From the NCBI GenBank assembly GCA_965206645.1, contig CBDBKE010000002.1, positions 224,001-288,000 of the forward strand: a stretch of DNA of 64,000 bases, read 5' to 3'. The notes beneath the pieces were generated by a model. That model saw only the letters and a program-made list of their open reading frames with translations, searched no databases and was not told where the DNA came from. The position numbers and the translations under genes were made by a program. This DNA comes from Terriglobia bacterium. Its GTDB lineage: Bacteria > Acidobacteriota > Terriglobia > JAJPHL01 > JAPKYU01. Positions 51,138-61,709 of the stretch are shown here, in pieces (the stretch's first letter is position 1; each line of letters opens with the position of its first letter).

Positions 51138-51546
51138 TGGCGAGGCGAAGCTGGCACCGCAGCGTCTTCTGTGTCGCGCCCTTTACAACATCGCTTGGGG
51201 TACCTACACGGCCTTCGATCCGCAATGGGTACTCCGCTTTGCCGGGATGCCACCTGCCAACTACCCGGAGGTCTTGGCCTGCCTGGGCTTGGGGGTTGCG
51301 CTTTATGGCATTCTCTACCTGGAGGTGGCGCGAGTTCCAGAAAAGGGATGGCTGCTCGTTGCTGTAGGATTGCTTGGGAAGGTAATTGCACCCGTCGGCC
51401 TAGTTGCGTTGGGCTGGAGCGGCCGCTGGCCATTGGGCGCGTTGGGTTTTGCTCTAGCCAATGATCTGATCTGGTGGCCTCCTTTTACTCTATACCTCCG
51501 CGACGCGTGGCCTGAGTTCCGGCGGGAATTTCTTTGGCCAACCTGA
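51134..51546 (+). pseudogene. Membrane protein with a frameshift near 51178
   Basis: MMARRSWHRSVFCVA joins LYNIAWG...NYPE...VGLLGKV...NDLIWWPPF only after adding one base. Confidence 0.7.
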
Positions 51547-51574
51547 GCAGCCCCAGAGCGGCTAGGTTCAGCTA

Positions 51575-52846
51575 TCAGGGCGAGAGACGCTTGATGCGGG
51601 CGCCGACGGAGCCGAGCTTCTCCTCGATGCGCTGGTAGCCGCGGTCAATGTGGTAGACGCGGTCCACCACCGTCTCCCCCTGAGCTACCAGCCCGGCCAG
51701 CACCAGCGAGGCGCTGGCACGCAGGTCGCTGGCCAGGACTGACGTCCCGCTAAGCGCCGATTTTCCCCGCACCACCGCACGGTTCCCTTCAACCTTGATC
51801 TGGGCGCCCATTCGCGCCAACTCCAGCGCGTGCAGGAACCGGTTTTCGAAGATGGTTTCGGTAATCACCGAGGTGCCTTCGGCCTGGGTCATCAGGGCCA
51901 TCAGTTGGGCCTGCATGTCGGTGGGCAGGCCCGGATACTCTTCGGTCGCCACGTCCACCGCGGACAGTGGGCGCGGCGCCTGCACCTCGAGCGCCGACGC
52001 GCCGGGCTCGGAAATTTCCACGCCGGTCTCCCTCAGCTTAACGATCACCGCCGAGAGGTGCGCCGGCGCGCAGCCCTCCAGCCGCAGGTGGCCGCCGGTG
52101 ATGGCGCCCGCCACCAGAAACGTTCCGGCCTCGATCCGGTCGGCGATGACGGTGTGCTCCGCGCCGTGCAGCTTGCCCACACCGTGCACGCCGATGGTGG
52201 GGGTGCCGGCGCCTTCAATGCGGGCGCCCATTTTGCGGAGCAAGTCCGCCAGGTCGGTCACTTCTGGCTCGCGGGCCGCGTTTTCCAGAACCGTCTCGCC
52301 CTGAGCTAGCACCGCGGCCATCATCAGGTTTTCGGTGCCGGTAACGGTGATGCGGTCGAAGTGAATGTGCGCCCCCTTCAGCCCATTCGGCACCTGAGCC
52401 TCCACGTAGCCATGCTCCTGATGAATGCGGGCACCGAGCTTCTCCAGGCCTTTCAGGTGCAGGTTAATAGGGCGCGCCCCAATGGCGCAGCCGCCAGGGA
52501 GCGAGACGCGCGCATAGCCAAAGCGCGCGCACAGCGGTCCCAAGACGAGGACCGAGGCACGCATCGTCTTCACCAGCTCGTACGGCGCTTCCTTGCTGGC
52601 GACCTGACAGGCCTGAACGGTCACTTTGTCCCGCTGCGGCTCGTTGCCGAAACTGACCTCGGCCCCGAGGCTGGTCAGCAGTCGCGCCATGGTCTGGATG
52701 TCACGGACTCGCGGAAGGTTGGCCAGCACAACCGGCTTGTCGGTCAGCAGAGCAGCCGCCAGAGCGGGCAGTGCGGCGTTTTTCGCGCCGCTGACGGTGA
52801 GCCGGCCTTCCAGGGGCACTCCACCGGAAATGAGGAATTTATCCAT
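51575..52846 (-). CDS. murA: UDP-N-acetylglucosamine 1-carboxyvinyltransferase
   Basis: [21 protein letters not shown] and HIDRGY motifs. Confidence 0.99.
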   Translation of the reverse strand: MDKFLISGGVPLEGRLTVSGAKNAALPALAAALLTDKPVVLANLPRVRDIQTMARLLTSLGAEVSFGNEPQRDKVTVQACQVASKEAPYELVKTMRASVLVLGPLCARFGYARVSLPGGCAIGARPINLHLKGLEKLGARIHQEHGYVEAQVPNGLKGAHIHFDRITVTGTENLMMAAVLAQGETVLENAAREPEVTDLADLLRKMGARIEGAGTPTIGVHGVGKLHGAEHTVIADRIEAGTFLVAGAITGGHLRLEGCAPAHLSAVIVKLRETGVEISEPGASALEVQAPRPLSAVDVATEEYPGLPTDMQAQLMALMTQAEGTSVITETIFENRFLHALELARMGAQIKVEGNRAVVRGKSALSGTSVLASDLRASASLVLAGLVAQGETVVDRVYHIDRGYQRIEEKLGSVGARIKRLSP

Positions 52847-52848
52847 TA

Positions 52849-52930
52849 TTTACAAACCGGTGTTTACAAACCGGTATTTGCAAGCTGGTGCTTACAAGCC
52901 GCTTCTTACAAGCTGGCGTCTACAAGCCGG
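52849..52930. repeat. Degenerate 14-bp tandem repeat, about 6 copies, filling the nagA-murA gap
   Basis: TTTACAAACCGGTG, TTTACAAACCGGTA, TTTGCAAGCTGGTG, CTTACAAGCCGCTT, CTTACAAGCTGGCG, TCTACAAGCCGG. Confidence 0.85.
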
Positions 52931-54094
52931 TCAAAACTGCTGCAGTACACCCCGGGCGCAGACCGCGGCCACCTCCAGGCTGCCGGTTAACAGCACCAGG
53001 TCGGCGTCCGTACCGGCGGCGATGCGCCCCTTCCTCGCCAGGCCCAGTAGCCGTGCCTGGTTCAGCGTCGCCATCTTTACCACTTCCCTCAACGGCAGCC
53101 CAGTGAACCGCACCATGTTGCGCACGGCGCCGTCGAGAGTGAGCACGCTGCCGGCCAGCACGCCATCGCGGCTGCGGGCCTCCGAACCCCGGACCGTGAT
53201 CTCGCACTCGCCCAGCCGATAGGTGCCTTCCGGCATGCCCACCGCCGCCAGCCCGTCTGTGACCAACAGGACGCCGCCGGGTCCTTTAGAGTGCAGCAAC
53301 AGTCGGATGGCCGGCTCGGAGACATGAACACCGTCGGCAATCAGCTCAGCACTCAGGCGGTCGTCCAGCAACGTCGCCGCGATTACACCGGGGTCGCGGT
53401 GCGCAAACGGCCGCATCGCGTTGAACATGTGGACGACATGGCGCACGCCTAGCTCGACAGCCCGCTCGGCCTGCTCAAAGTTCGCGTCGGTGTGCCCCAT
53501 ACCTACTAGCACGCCGCGTTCCAAAACGTGGGGCATCATCGCCTCGGCGCCGTCCACCTCCGGAGCCAGAGTCAGGATCCGCAGAGTACCCCCGGCAGCC
53601 TGGTAGAAATCCTCAAAAAGTTCGTTCCTCGGCGCCAGCATGTGCTGGGCGGGGTGCACCCCTTTGCGCAAGGCGTTGAGGAATGGCCCCTCCATGTGGA
53701 TGCCCAGCGGTTGGGCGACTAGCTTGGAGGGCGGGCCTTCCATGCGGCGAACGAGATCGCCGAGGCATTCCAGAGCGGCCAGCGTCCGCGGCATCGGAGC
53801 CGTCAGCGTGGTGGGGAAATACGAGGTTGTACCATGTGCGGCCAGCGTGCGCCCTACGGCGGCCACTGCCTCGGGAGTGCTTTCCATCAGGTCGTGACCG
53901 CCGGCGCCGTGCACGTGCAGGTCAATGAAACCAGGCACGCAGGTGGTGTCAGGAGCCTCAAGGCGACGCGCATCCGCCGGGATGTGGATTTCCCGTCCCA
54001 CGGCCACGATGCGATCGTCCTCCACCAGCACCGTGCCCTGCGGAATTTCCTCCTCAGGAGTCAGCACGGTTCCAGCATGAATTGCCAGCTTCAT
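52931..54094 (-). CDS. nagA: N-acetylglucosamine-6-phosphate deacetylase
   Basis: PGFIDLHVHG, HMEGPF, TLAPE, HMFNAM and IADGVHV motifs. Confidence 0.97.
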   Translation of the reverse strand: MKLAIHAGTVLTPEEEIPQGTVLVEDDRIVAVGREIHIPADARRLEAPDTTCVPGFIDLHVHGAGGHDLMESTPEAVAAVGRTLAAHGTTSYFPTTLTAPMPRTLAALECLGDLVRRMEGPPSKLVAQPLGIHMEGPFLNALRKGVHPAQHMLAPRNELFEDFYQAAGGTLRILTLAPEVDGAEAMMPHVLERGVLVGMGHTDANFEQAERAVELGVRHVVHMFNAMRPFAHRDPGVIAATLLDDRLSAELIADGVHVSEPAIRLLLHSKGPGGVLLVTDGLAAVGMPEGTYRLGECEITVRGSEARSRDGVLAGSVLTLDGAVRNMVRFTGLPLREVVKMATLNQARLLGLARKGRIAAGTDADLVLLTGSLEVAAVCARGVLQQF

Positions 54095-54167
54095 AGGGCT
54101 ATCTATGGGGCCATCTATGAGCGAAGGGGGCGGCCGATCTGGACAGACCCGAGGACTGCCCCCACAA

Positions 54168-55121
54168 TTACTCCTGCTTTTTCGTTTGTCTCGTCTGCCG
54201 TCCCGATGTATGGCTTTGCAGGGCGACAGTCAAGTTGCCCTGGTGGCGATGCAACAGTCGCTGGGCGGCACCGCGACCCAGCCCCAGCCGCTGCATCAAG
54301 ATGGCTGCCTTCAAGTCGCCGCCCGCGCGGCGCAGCGCGCGGACGGCCGTGCCATGGTCCAGTCCGAGCACGCTCCGCAGAATTGTGTAACCACGTTCAC
54401 GAAGTTTCCGGTTCTTCAGGTGGACGTTCACCATGAAGTTGCCATAAACGTGCCCCAGCCGCACCATGGCAGCGGTGGAGATCATGTTCAGTACCAGCTT
54501 CTGCGCCGTGCCGGCCTTCAGGCGGGTGGAACCGGCAATGACCTCGGGACCAACCACCGGCGCAATAGTGATTTGTGTCAGGCTAGCCACTTCCGCATCA
54601 GGGTTGCATGTGACGGCGATGGTGGCGGCTCGGCGAGCCCGCGCGTAGCGCAGCGCGCCGAGCACGTAGGGAGTGCGGCCGCTGGCCGTCAGGCCCACCA
54701 CCACATCGCGCGCACCCAGCCGCTTCCTGACCAGGTCGCGCCGGCCCAGCGCCGGGGAGTCCTCGCTGGCCTCAGTGGCTCGGTAGAGCGCCCGCACACC
54801 GCCGCACATCACTCCCTGCACCATCGTGAGAGGCGTGTTAAACGTGGGGGTGCACTCGGAAGCGTCCAGCACACCCAGGCGCCCACTTGTCCCTGCCCCC
54901 GCGTAGAAAAGCCGCCCGCCACGCCGTAGCCGCTCCACGACGACAGCCACCGCCCGAGCGATGGCCGGAATTTCCCTCGCCACGGTCGCCGGCACCCGAG
55001 CGTCTTCGCGGTTGATGAGTCTTAGGATTCCGACCGTTTGGGCGCGGTCAATCTGCACCGACCGTGGGTTCCGCTGCTCGGTGAGCAGACGGGCCAGCCC
55101 GGCAGTCTTTCGCTTAGCCAT
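54168..55121 (-). CDS. murQ: N-acetylmuramic acid 6-phosphate etherase
   Basis: TEQRN, GAGTSGRLGVLDASEC and GPEVIAGSTRLKAGTAQK motifs. Confidence 0.97.
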   Translation of the reverse strand: MAKRKTAGLARLLTEQRNPRSVQIDRAQTVGILRLINREDARVPATVAREIPAIARAVAVVVERLRRGGRLFYAGAGTSGRLGVLDASECTPTFNTPLTMVQGVMCGGVRALYRATEASEDSPALGRRDLVRKRLGARDVVVGLTASGRTPYVLGALRYARARRAATIAVTCNPDAEVASLTQITIAPVVGPEVIAGSTRLKAGTAQKLVLNMISTAAMVRLGHVYGNFMVNVHLKNRKLRERGYTILRSVLGLDHGTAVRALRRAGGDLKAAILMQRLGLGRGAAQRLLHRHQGNLTVALQSHTSGRQTRQTKKQE

Positions 55122-55212
55122 GTCTCAAACCGGGCATTGTACTTCAGAAGTAGCCTTTGGTTGTGGAGGCGGTTGTGAAGGCCATCGACCACGTCCTGCA
55201 CGGAGGCGTGGA

Positions 55213-55704
55213 TTATTTCTTTGCTTGCGCGCAAAGCTTCTCTGGAAGATCACGGAGCCGTGGGACCCGGTGGATCCGCCCCCCTTGCTCGATGGAAACA
55301 AATCGCACAACCGGCCTGCCAGTGATTCCTTTCTTCACCGTGCCCACTCCGATCAAGACAGCCACGTTGCGGCCATCCGATAAGACGGCAACTGCCTCCC
55401 CGCAAACCGGGAAGTCGCGACCTTGATCGGCTGGACTGCCCGTCTGTTCACCACAGTCGTTGGCCTCCCACCGAATCTCAGCCTTGGAGCCGACCAGCTT
55501 CCGGAACCAATCGTCAAATCTCTGTTTTGGTCGCTGCTTTGGCCGCTGTTTTGGCAATGCTGAATCCAGCGCAGAAACGGGGGTTCGCTGTGCGCGAGCA
55601 ATTACTTTGTCCTTGGCAACTTGCGCGGCAACTTGCGCCTGGAGCAAGCCGGTCACGGGCCAGCACAGTGAAACCGCCGCCGCAAGAGTCGCCACATATT
55701 TCAT
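55213..55704 (-). CDS. Hypothetical exported protein
   Basis: Signal peptide; WEANDCGEQTG...FPVC core; PKQR repeated three times. Confidence 0.7.
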   Translation of the reverse strand: MKYVATLAAAVSLCWPVTGLLQAQVAAQVAKDKVIARAQRTPVSALDSALPKQRPKQRPKQRFDDWFRKLVGSKAEIRWEANDCGEQTGSPADQGRDFPVCGEAVAVLSDGRNVAVLIGVGTVKKGITGRPVVRFVSIEQGGRIHRVPRLRDLPEKLCAQAKK

Positions 55705-55741
55705 CGCCGCACTCGCCTTTCGGTGATGCAATGACCCACCA

Positions 55742-57541
55742 CTAGTCGCTCGCGGGGGTTTTGCCGCACTCGCCGGCCAGTGTGGCCCACCCGCGGCGGG
55801 AAAAGTCCCAGTAGAGGTAGGCACCCGCAGCAGCCCCCAGCGCCAGAAACAGGAGTCCTTCGACGAAAAACCCAAGGATGATCTTGCCGATGCCAAACAG
55901 GGCAAAATACACCAGCAGGCAGCCGGCCACCCAATCCAGGAAGTTGTACCAGCCGTCGCGTACCGGTGGGACCTCCGGCGCCAGGCGGGCGATGGGTTTC
56001 CAGAAAGTGTAGTTAGGCCGGACGCGGCGGTAGAAGTTGAGCAGCACGCGCTCGGGCTCCGGCGCCGTCAGGTAGGTTGCGGCCAGCCAGACCACGGTGG
56101 TAACCGCCACGGTGATCAGTGTGCGCTTGGCAAAAACCAACGTGTCGCTACCAACGAAGCTGACGGCAGTGTACACGACCAGCGAGGTGACGAAGGCGCT
56201 CACCATGGCCGAGATTTCGCTCCAGGCGTTGATGCGCCACCAATACCAACGCAGCAGGTAGACGGTGCCGGTGCCCGCACCGATGTTGATGAGCAACTGC
56301 CAGGCGTCCTGAATCGAAGTCAGGAAAAAGGTCACCACGCCCGAGATGACCATCAGCAGCACGGTGAAGAGACGCGAAGCCAGCACGTAATGGCCTTCGC
56401 TGCGCCCGGCGGCCAGAAATCTCCGGTACAGGTCATTAACCAGATAGGAGGAGCCCCAGTTCAGGTGCGTGGCGATGGTGGACATGTAGGCGGCAAGGAA
56501 GGCGGCCAGCATGGCGCCACGCAGGCTGGCCGGCAGGCAATCTATTAGCACGCGGACATAGCCGGTTTCCGGGTCCTCCAGATTGGGATAAAGGATGGCC
56601 GCGGCCAGCGCCACCACAATCCAGGGCCAGGGACGCAGGGCGTAGTGGGCGATATTGAACCAGAGTGTAGCCAAAAGGGAATGCCGCTCGTCTTTGGCGC
56701 AGAAGATGCGCTGAGCCACGTAGCCGCCGCCGCCCGGCTCGGCACCGGGATACCAGCTCGCCCACCAGTTCACTCCCACGTAAACGAAGAAGGCGAGCAC
56801 GGGCATCCAGACGGAATCCAGCTCGGGCAGGAACGACAGGATGGAACCCTGGCCGCCGCCGGCCGCGGCCCGGGCCGCATCCAGGGCGGCCAGCTTCATC
56901 TTCATCGCCGCCATGCCGCCCACCGCGTCCACCGCGTAGAACGCCAGGGTGATGGTCATGCCCATCATCAGGGCGAACTGGAAGAAGTCGGTGACCAGCA
57001 CCCCCCACAGTCCCGCGATGGTGGTGTAGATGCCGGTGAACAGCAGGCAGAACAGGACGGCGTGCCACTTCTCGAGGCCCAGGGTGAGCGTCAGGATTTT
57101 GACCATCGCCAGGTTCACCCAGCCCATGATGATCGCGTTCATCAGCACGCCCAAGTAGACGGCGCGAAAGCCGCGCAGCAGGGCCGCTGGCCGGCCACTG
57201 TAGCGAAGCTCCACGAGCTCAATGTCGGTGACCACCTCGGCGCGCCGCCAGAGCCGGGCGAAGAAGAACACGGTCATCATCCCGCTCAGCAGGTAGCACC
57301 ACCACAGCCAGTTGCCGGCGATGCCGTTGCGCACCGTCATGCCGGTGACGGCCAGCGGCGTGTCGGCGGCGAAAGTGGTCGCCACCATGGCCGTGCCCGC
57401 CAGCCACCAGGGCACGTTCCGGCCAGAGAGGAAAAACTCGCCGGTACTGGAGCCGGCCCGCTTGCGGTAGTAGAGCCCGATGAGGAGGGTGAATAAGAAG
57501 TAGGCGCCGATGACGGTCCAGTCCACCCAGGTCAGAATCAC
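55742..57541 (-). CDS. Sodium:solute symporter family protein
   Basis: FFLSGRNVPWW, ATTFAADTPL, QRIFCAKDE and AAYMST motifs; many transmembrane segments; GTGA overlap with the upstream gene. Confidence 0.93.
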   Translation of the reverse strand: MILTWVDWTVIGAYFLFTLLIGLYYRKRAGSSTGEFFLSGRNVPWWLAGTAMVATTFAADTPLAVTGMTVRNGIAGNWLWWCYLLSGMMTVFFFARLWRRAEVVTDIELVELRYSGRPAALLRGFRAVYLGVLMNAIIMGWVNLAMVKILTLTLGLEKWHAVLFCLLFTGIYTTIAGLWGVLVTDFFQFALMMGMTITLAFYAVDAVGGMAAMKMKLAALDAARAAAGGGQGSILSFLPELDSVWMPVLAFFVYVGVNWWASWYPGAEPGGGGYVAQRIFCAKDERHSLLATLWFNIAHYALRPWPWIVVALAAAILYPNLEDPETGYVRVLIDCLPASLRGAMLAAFLAAYMSTIATHLNWGSSYLVNDLYRRFLAAGRSEGHYVLASRLFTVLLMVISGVVTFFLTSIQDAWQLLINIGAGTGTVYLLRWYWWRINAWSEISAMVSAFVTSLVVYTAVSFVGSDTLVFAKRTLITVAVTTVVWLAATYLTAPEPERVLLNFYRRVRPNYTFWKPIARLAPEVPPVRDGWYNFLDWVAGCLLVYFALFGIGKIILGFFVEGLLFLALGAAAGAYLYWDFSRRGWATLAGECGKTPASD

Positions 57542-58749
57542 CGCAGTGCCTCTACCACAGCGTTGTGCACCGCCGGACGCACCTTGCGGATCTGTATGTT
57601 CTCGCGCGTAGGGTGGACACGGTTGCTCAGCAATACCACGAACAGCTGCTTTTCCGGGTCCACCCAGAGCGACGTGCCCGTGAAGCCCGTATGGCCGAAC
57701 GAGCGCGGGGAGAAGTGCGCGCCGGCCGAGGACCCTTTGAGCGAAGGCGTGTCCCAACCCAGCGCTCGCGTACGGCCGGCGCGGCCGGCCGGCCGGGCAG
57801 TGAACTTCTCGATCGTGCGGCGCTGCAGGATACGGCGACCGCCGTAGGCGCCGCCGTTTAGCATCATCTGGGCGAAGACCGCCAGGTCCCGCGCCGTGGA
57901 GAACAACCCGGCGTGGCCGGCCACCCCATTCATCACCCAGGCGTGCTCGTCGTGCACTTCGCCCCGGATCAGCCGCTTCCGGAACAGGTCGTCCTGTTCG
58001 GTCGGGGCGATGCGCACCCGTAGGCACTTGGGGGGTTGGTAAAGGGTGTCCTTCATACCCAACGGTTCAAACACTCGCCTCCGCAGGAATTGATCCAGGG
58101 GCTGGCCGGCGACCAGTCCGATGATTTCCCCCAGCAGGATCATGCCAAAATCGCTGTAGACAAACTTCTGCCCGGGCCGGACGGTCAGTGGCATGGCGTA
58201 AATCCGTTTCAACAGGGCTTGCTTGTCACGGGCTTTGCGAAACAGCCTCTCGTAGGCGGGCAGTCCGGAGGTGTGCGTCAGCAATTGCCGCACCGTGATC
58301 CGGTCATGGGCGGCAACGCCACCGAACTCCGGCAAGTAGCGCACCAGCGGAGTCTCCAACCGGAGCTTGCCTTGCTGGTAGAGCAGGGCGGCGGCGGTCG
58401 TGGTCCCTACCACTTTTGAAATCGAGGCCAGGTCATAGATGGTATCGGTGGCAACCGCAGGAGATTCCCGCGAGTAGTCAAATTTCCCGAAAGCTTCCAG
58501 CGCCACCAGCTCGCCCCGGTAGCCTACTGCAAGTACGGCACCGGGAAACGCCCTGGTAGCGACGGCTTTCTCCATGGCCTGGAACGCCGTTCGGAAACGT
58601 TCCTGCTGGCCTGCGGTGGCATCCCTCAGTTTCGCGACGCTCGCTGCGGTTTTCGCGCTGAGCGGCGCAACTGGGGAAATGAGCGGGAGCAGAAAAAGTA
58701 CCGTGGCGATACGCTGCATCGGGAAGATGCAAAAGACCAGCTTGAACAT
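57538..58749 (-). CDS. Exported serine hydrolase, beta-lactamase/AmpC fold
   Basis: SxxK (ASISK), LLTHTSGL, YSD and GHTGFTGTS motifs; start may be at 58719. Confidence 0.9.
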   Translation of the reverse strand: MFKLVFCIFPMQRIATVLFLLPLISPVAPLSAKTAASVAKLRDATAGQQERFRTAFQAMEKAVATRAFPGAVLAVGYRGELVALEAFGKFDYSRESPAVATDTIYDLASISKVVGTTTAAALLYQQGKLRLETPLVRYLPEFGGVAAHDRITVRQLLTHTSGLPAYERLFRKARDKQALLKRIYAMPLTVRPGQKFVYSDFGMILLGEIIGLVAGQPLDQFLRRRVFEPLGMKDTLYQPPKCLRVRIAPTEQDDLFRKRLIRGEVHDEHAWVMNGVAGHAGLFSTARDLAVFAQMMLNGGAYGGRRILQRRTIEKFTARPAGRAGRTRALGWDTPSLKGSSAGAHFSPRSFGHTGFTGTSLWVDPEKQLFVVLLSNRVHPTRENIQIRKVRPAVHNAVVEALR

Positions 58750-58782
58750 GGGAATGAACTGCGGAAGCAGAGGTGCGGTCTG

Positions 58783-60231
58783 CTATGCCAACAGCTTGTG
58801 GACCACTTCGCCGGCGACATCGGTGAGCCGAAAATCCCGCCCCATGTGCCGGAACGTCAATCGCTCGTGATCCAGACCTAGGCAGTGCAGGAGAGTGGCA
58901 TGCAGGTCGTGCATGTGAATCTTGTCTTCTACGATCCGCAGGCCCAAGTCGTCCGTTTGCCCGACGACCTGTCCACTCTTGATGCCTCCCCCCGCCATCC
59001 AGATGCAGAAGGCAAACGGGTGGTGGTCTCTCCCCTCGCCGCCCTTGTCCGGGTCGTTGCTCTGCACCATGGGAGTGCGCCCAAACTCCCCTCCCCAAAT
59101 GACCAGCGTGGAGTCGAGCAGACCGCGCTGCTTCAGGTCCTTCAGCAATGCGGCGGCAGGCTGGTCGACGGTCTCGCAGTTCTTCTCGAGTTTTTTGAGA
59201 AGGCCGGTATGGTGGTCCCAATTCCCGTGCATCAACTGCACAAAGCGCACGCCGCGCTCGACCATCCTTCGGGCCAGCAGGCAGTTGGTGCCGAAGGCCT
59301 TGGTTGATTCTTTGTTCACGCCGTACATCTCCAGGGTATCGGGTGATTCCTCCGACAGATCCACCAGCTCCGGAGCGGCCATCTGCATCCGGAACGCCAG
59401 CTCGTAGGAGGCGATGCGTGAAGCGATTTCCATGTCCCCGGTTTCCAGGCGGTTCATCTCGTTCAGGTCTCGGAGACCGTCGAGAGTAGATCGTTGCAGC
59501 TCCTGATCGATGCCCCGTGGATTGGACAGGTACAGGACCGGGTCACCACTGCTCCGGAAAGGAACACCCTGGTAGGTGGACGGGAGAAATCCGCTGGACC
59601 AGTTCCCAGTGCCTGCCCCTGGAGAGGTGCCCCCAGAGCGGAGCACGACAAAACCCGGCAGGCTCTCCGACTCGCTCCCCAGACCGTAGAGGGTCCACGC
59701 GCCTATCGTGGGGCGCCCCACTAATGGTGACCCGCACTGCAGCATTATCTGGGCCGGGTGGTGGTTGAACTGCTCCGTGTACATCGACCGGATCATGCAG
59801 ATGTCGTCGGCACGGCTCGCCATGTGCGGCAGCCAATCCGAGAACTCAATGCCGCTTTGCCCGTAGCGCCGGAACGAGCGCGGGCTCGCCCAAACCTTGG
59901 CCGTCGGTTTGATAAAGGCCAATTTCAAACCCTTGGTCATGGAAGGCGGCAGTGACTGGCCTTCCCATTTCTTCATCTCCGGCTTGGGATCGAACAGATC
60001 GACTTGACTCGGCCCGCCGTCCATGAACAGGAAGATGACGTTCTTAGTCCTTGCCGGAAAATGGGGCGCCTTCAGCGCCAGAGGATTGATATTCGGTGAC
60101 GCTTCCTCAGCGCTTCCCGCCCTTCCTTCGCGGGCCAGCAAGTGCCAGAGAGCGATCGTGCCCACCCCACCTGCACAGTCCCGGAAGAAACTGCGCCGGG
60201 TCTGAATCTGCTTGAGACCTTCAAAGTTCAT
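58783..60231 (-). CDS. DUF1501 family protein (Tat-like RRSFF)
   Basis: FMDGGPSQVDLFDPKP, LARRMVERGVRFV, WDHH, GEFGRTP and GRDHHP motifs. Confidence 0.92.
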   Translation of the reverse strand: MNFEGLKQIQTRRSFFRDCAGGVGTIALWHLLAREGRAGSAEEASPNINPLALKAPHFPARTKNVIFLFMDGGPSQVDLFDPKPEMKKWEGQSLPPSMTKGLKLAFIKPTAKVWASPRSFRRYGQSGIEFSDWLPHMASRADDICMIRSMYTEQFNHHPAQIMLQCGSPLVGRPTIGAWTLYGLGSESESLPGFVVLRSGGTSPGAGTGNWSSGFLPSTYQGVPFRSSGDPVLYLSNPRGIDQELQRSTLDGLRDLNEMNRLETGDMEIASRIASYELAFRMQMAAPELVDLSEESPDTLEMYGVNKESTKAFGTNCLLARRMVERGVRFVQLMHGNWDHHTGLLKKLEKNCETVDQPAAALLKDLKQRGLLDSTLVIWGGEFGRTPMVQSNDPDKGGEGRDHHPFAFCIWMAGGGIKSGQVVGQTDDLGLRIVEDKIHMHDLHATLLHCLGLDHERLTFRHMGRDFRLTDVAGEVVHKLLA

Positions 60232-60384
60232 GGTTTCACCCCTCCCATGGAAGGAGAAGGCGATCTCCTACACTGACGCGCTACGTTCGGCCCAGGACTC
60301 TTGAAAGGGAACACAACCATCTCTTCTTATGCCCGGCCTCAGGCGCCGCAGCCGCCGGATCTGCAGTCCCACCAAGACCGTTTC

Positions 60385-61578
60385 TCAGGCGGCACGAACA
60401 ATCTTGTGGGGATCGAGGATGAACTTTTTGGCCGCACCCTTGTCGAAGTCCTCGTACCCCTTCGGGGATTCGTCGAGCGAGATCACGGTGACGTTCACCG
60501 CCTTGGCGATCTGAATCTTGTCATAGAGAATCGCCTGCATCAGTCCTCGGTGGTACCGCATCACCGGGCACTGGCCAGTCGTAAAGAAATGGGACTTGGC
60601 CCACCCCAGCCCGATGCGAATGCCGAGCCGGCCAATTCTGGCGGCTTCGTCCACGCCGCCGGGATCACCGGTGACGTACAAACCAGGGATGCCGAGCGCC
60701 CCGCCGGCCCGAGTAACTTCCATCAGCGAATTCAAAACGGTGGCGGGTTGCTCCACACCACTTTCCTTACCATGCCCGCGGGCTTCGAAACCCACGCAAT
60801 CGACGGCACTGTCGACTTCGGGAACTCCGACAATCTGGTCAATCTGGTCGGCAAGCGAGGCGTCCTTACGCAGGTCCACGGTTTCGCAGCCGAAGCTGCG
60901 CGCCTGCGCCAGGCGCTCCGGGATCATGTCGCCAACAATGACGCAGGCAGCGCCCAACAGGTGACAGGAAGCGGCACAGGCCAGGCCAACCGGACCTGCG
61001 CCGGCCACGTAGACAATGGTCCCCGTCGTCACCCCAGCAGTCACCGCCCCGTGGTAGCCGGTAGGGAAAATATCGGACAACAGTGCCAGGTCCCCGATCT
61101 TGGCCATCGCCTGATCTTTATTGGGAAACTTCAGCAGGTTGAAATCAGCATAAGGAACCAGCACATACTCAGCCTGCCCGCCGACCCAACCGCCCATGTC
61201 CACGTACCCGTAAGCCGCGCCCGGCCGGGCGGGGTTCACGTTCAGACAGATCCCCGTCTTCCCCTCCTTGCAGTTCCGGCAGCGGCCGCAGGCGATATTG
61301 AAGGGAACAGAGACCAAGTCGCCGACTTTGATGAATTCCACATCGCGGCCCGCCTCGATGACCTCGCCGGTAATCTCATGGCCAAGAATCAGTCCGGCCA
61401 GAGCAGTCGTACGGCCCCGCACCATGTGTTGATCGCTGCCGCAGATGTTGGTGGCAACGATCTTGAGAATCACTCCGTGCTCGCATTTCCTCGAGCCCAG
61501 CTCAAGCTTCGGAAAATCGATGGATTGTACTTCCACCTTCCTCGGCCCCATATATGCTACGCCGCGGTTTGATGCCAT
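60385..61578 (-). CDS. fdhA: Glutathione-independent formaldehyde dehydrogenase
   Basis: NICGSDQHMVRGRT, GHEITG, structural-Zn CxxCxxC...C, LSDIFPTG and GQCPV motifs. Confidence 0.93.
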   Translation of the reverse strand: MASNRGVAYMGPRKVEVQSIDFPKLELGSRKCEHGVILKIVATNICGSDQHMVRGRTTALAGLILGHEITGEVIEAGRDVEFIKVGDLVSVPFNIACGRCRNCKEGKTGICLNVNPARPGAAYGYVDMGGWVGGQAEYVLVPYADFNLLKFPNKDQAMAKIGDLALLSDIFPTGYHGAVTAGVTTGTIVYVAGAGPVGLACAASCHLLGAACVIVGDMIPERLAQARSFGCETVDLRKDASLADQIDQIVGVPEVDSAVDCVGFEARGHGKESGVEQPATVLNSLMEVTRAGGALGIPGLYVTGDPGGVDEAARIGRLGIRIGLGWAKSHFFTTGQCPVMRYHRGLMQAILYDKIQIAKAVNVTVISLDESPKGYEDFDKGAAKKFILDPHKIVRAA

Positions 61579-61709
61579 AGTGTCTCCTCTTGCCAGCGGT
61601 TGGTTCGTCTCATGCCATGCCCGCTGCCAATGATCCGTTGACGTTAGATTACACTTTTAAGCCACCAGCTTCCCCACGTCCTTCTCGGGGAAAAGGCCCC
61701 AGCCGGGAG

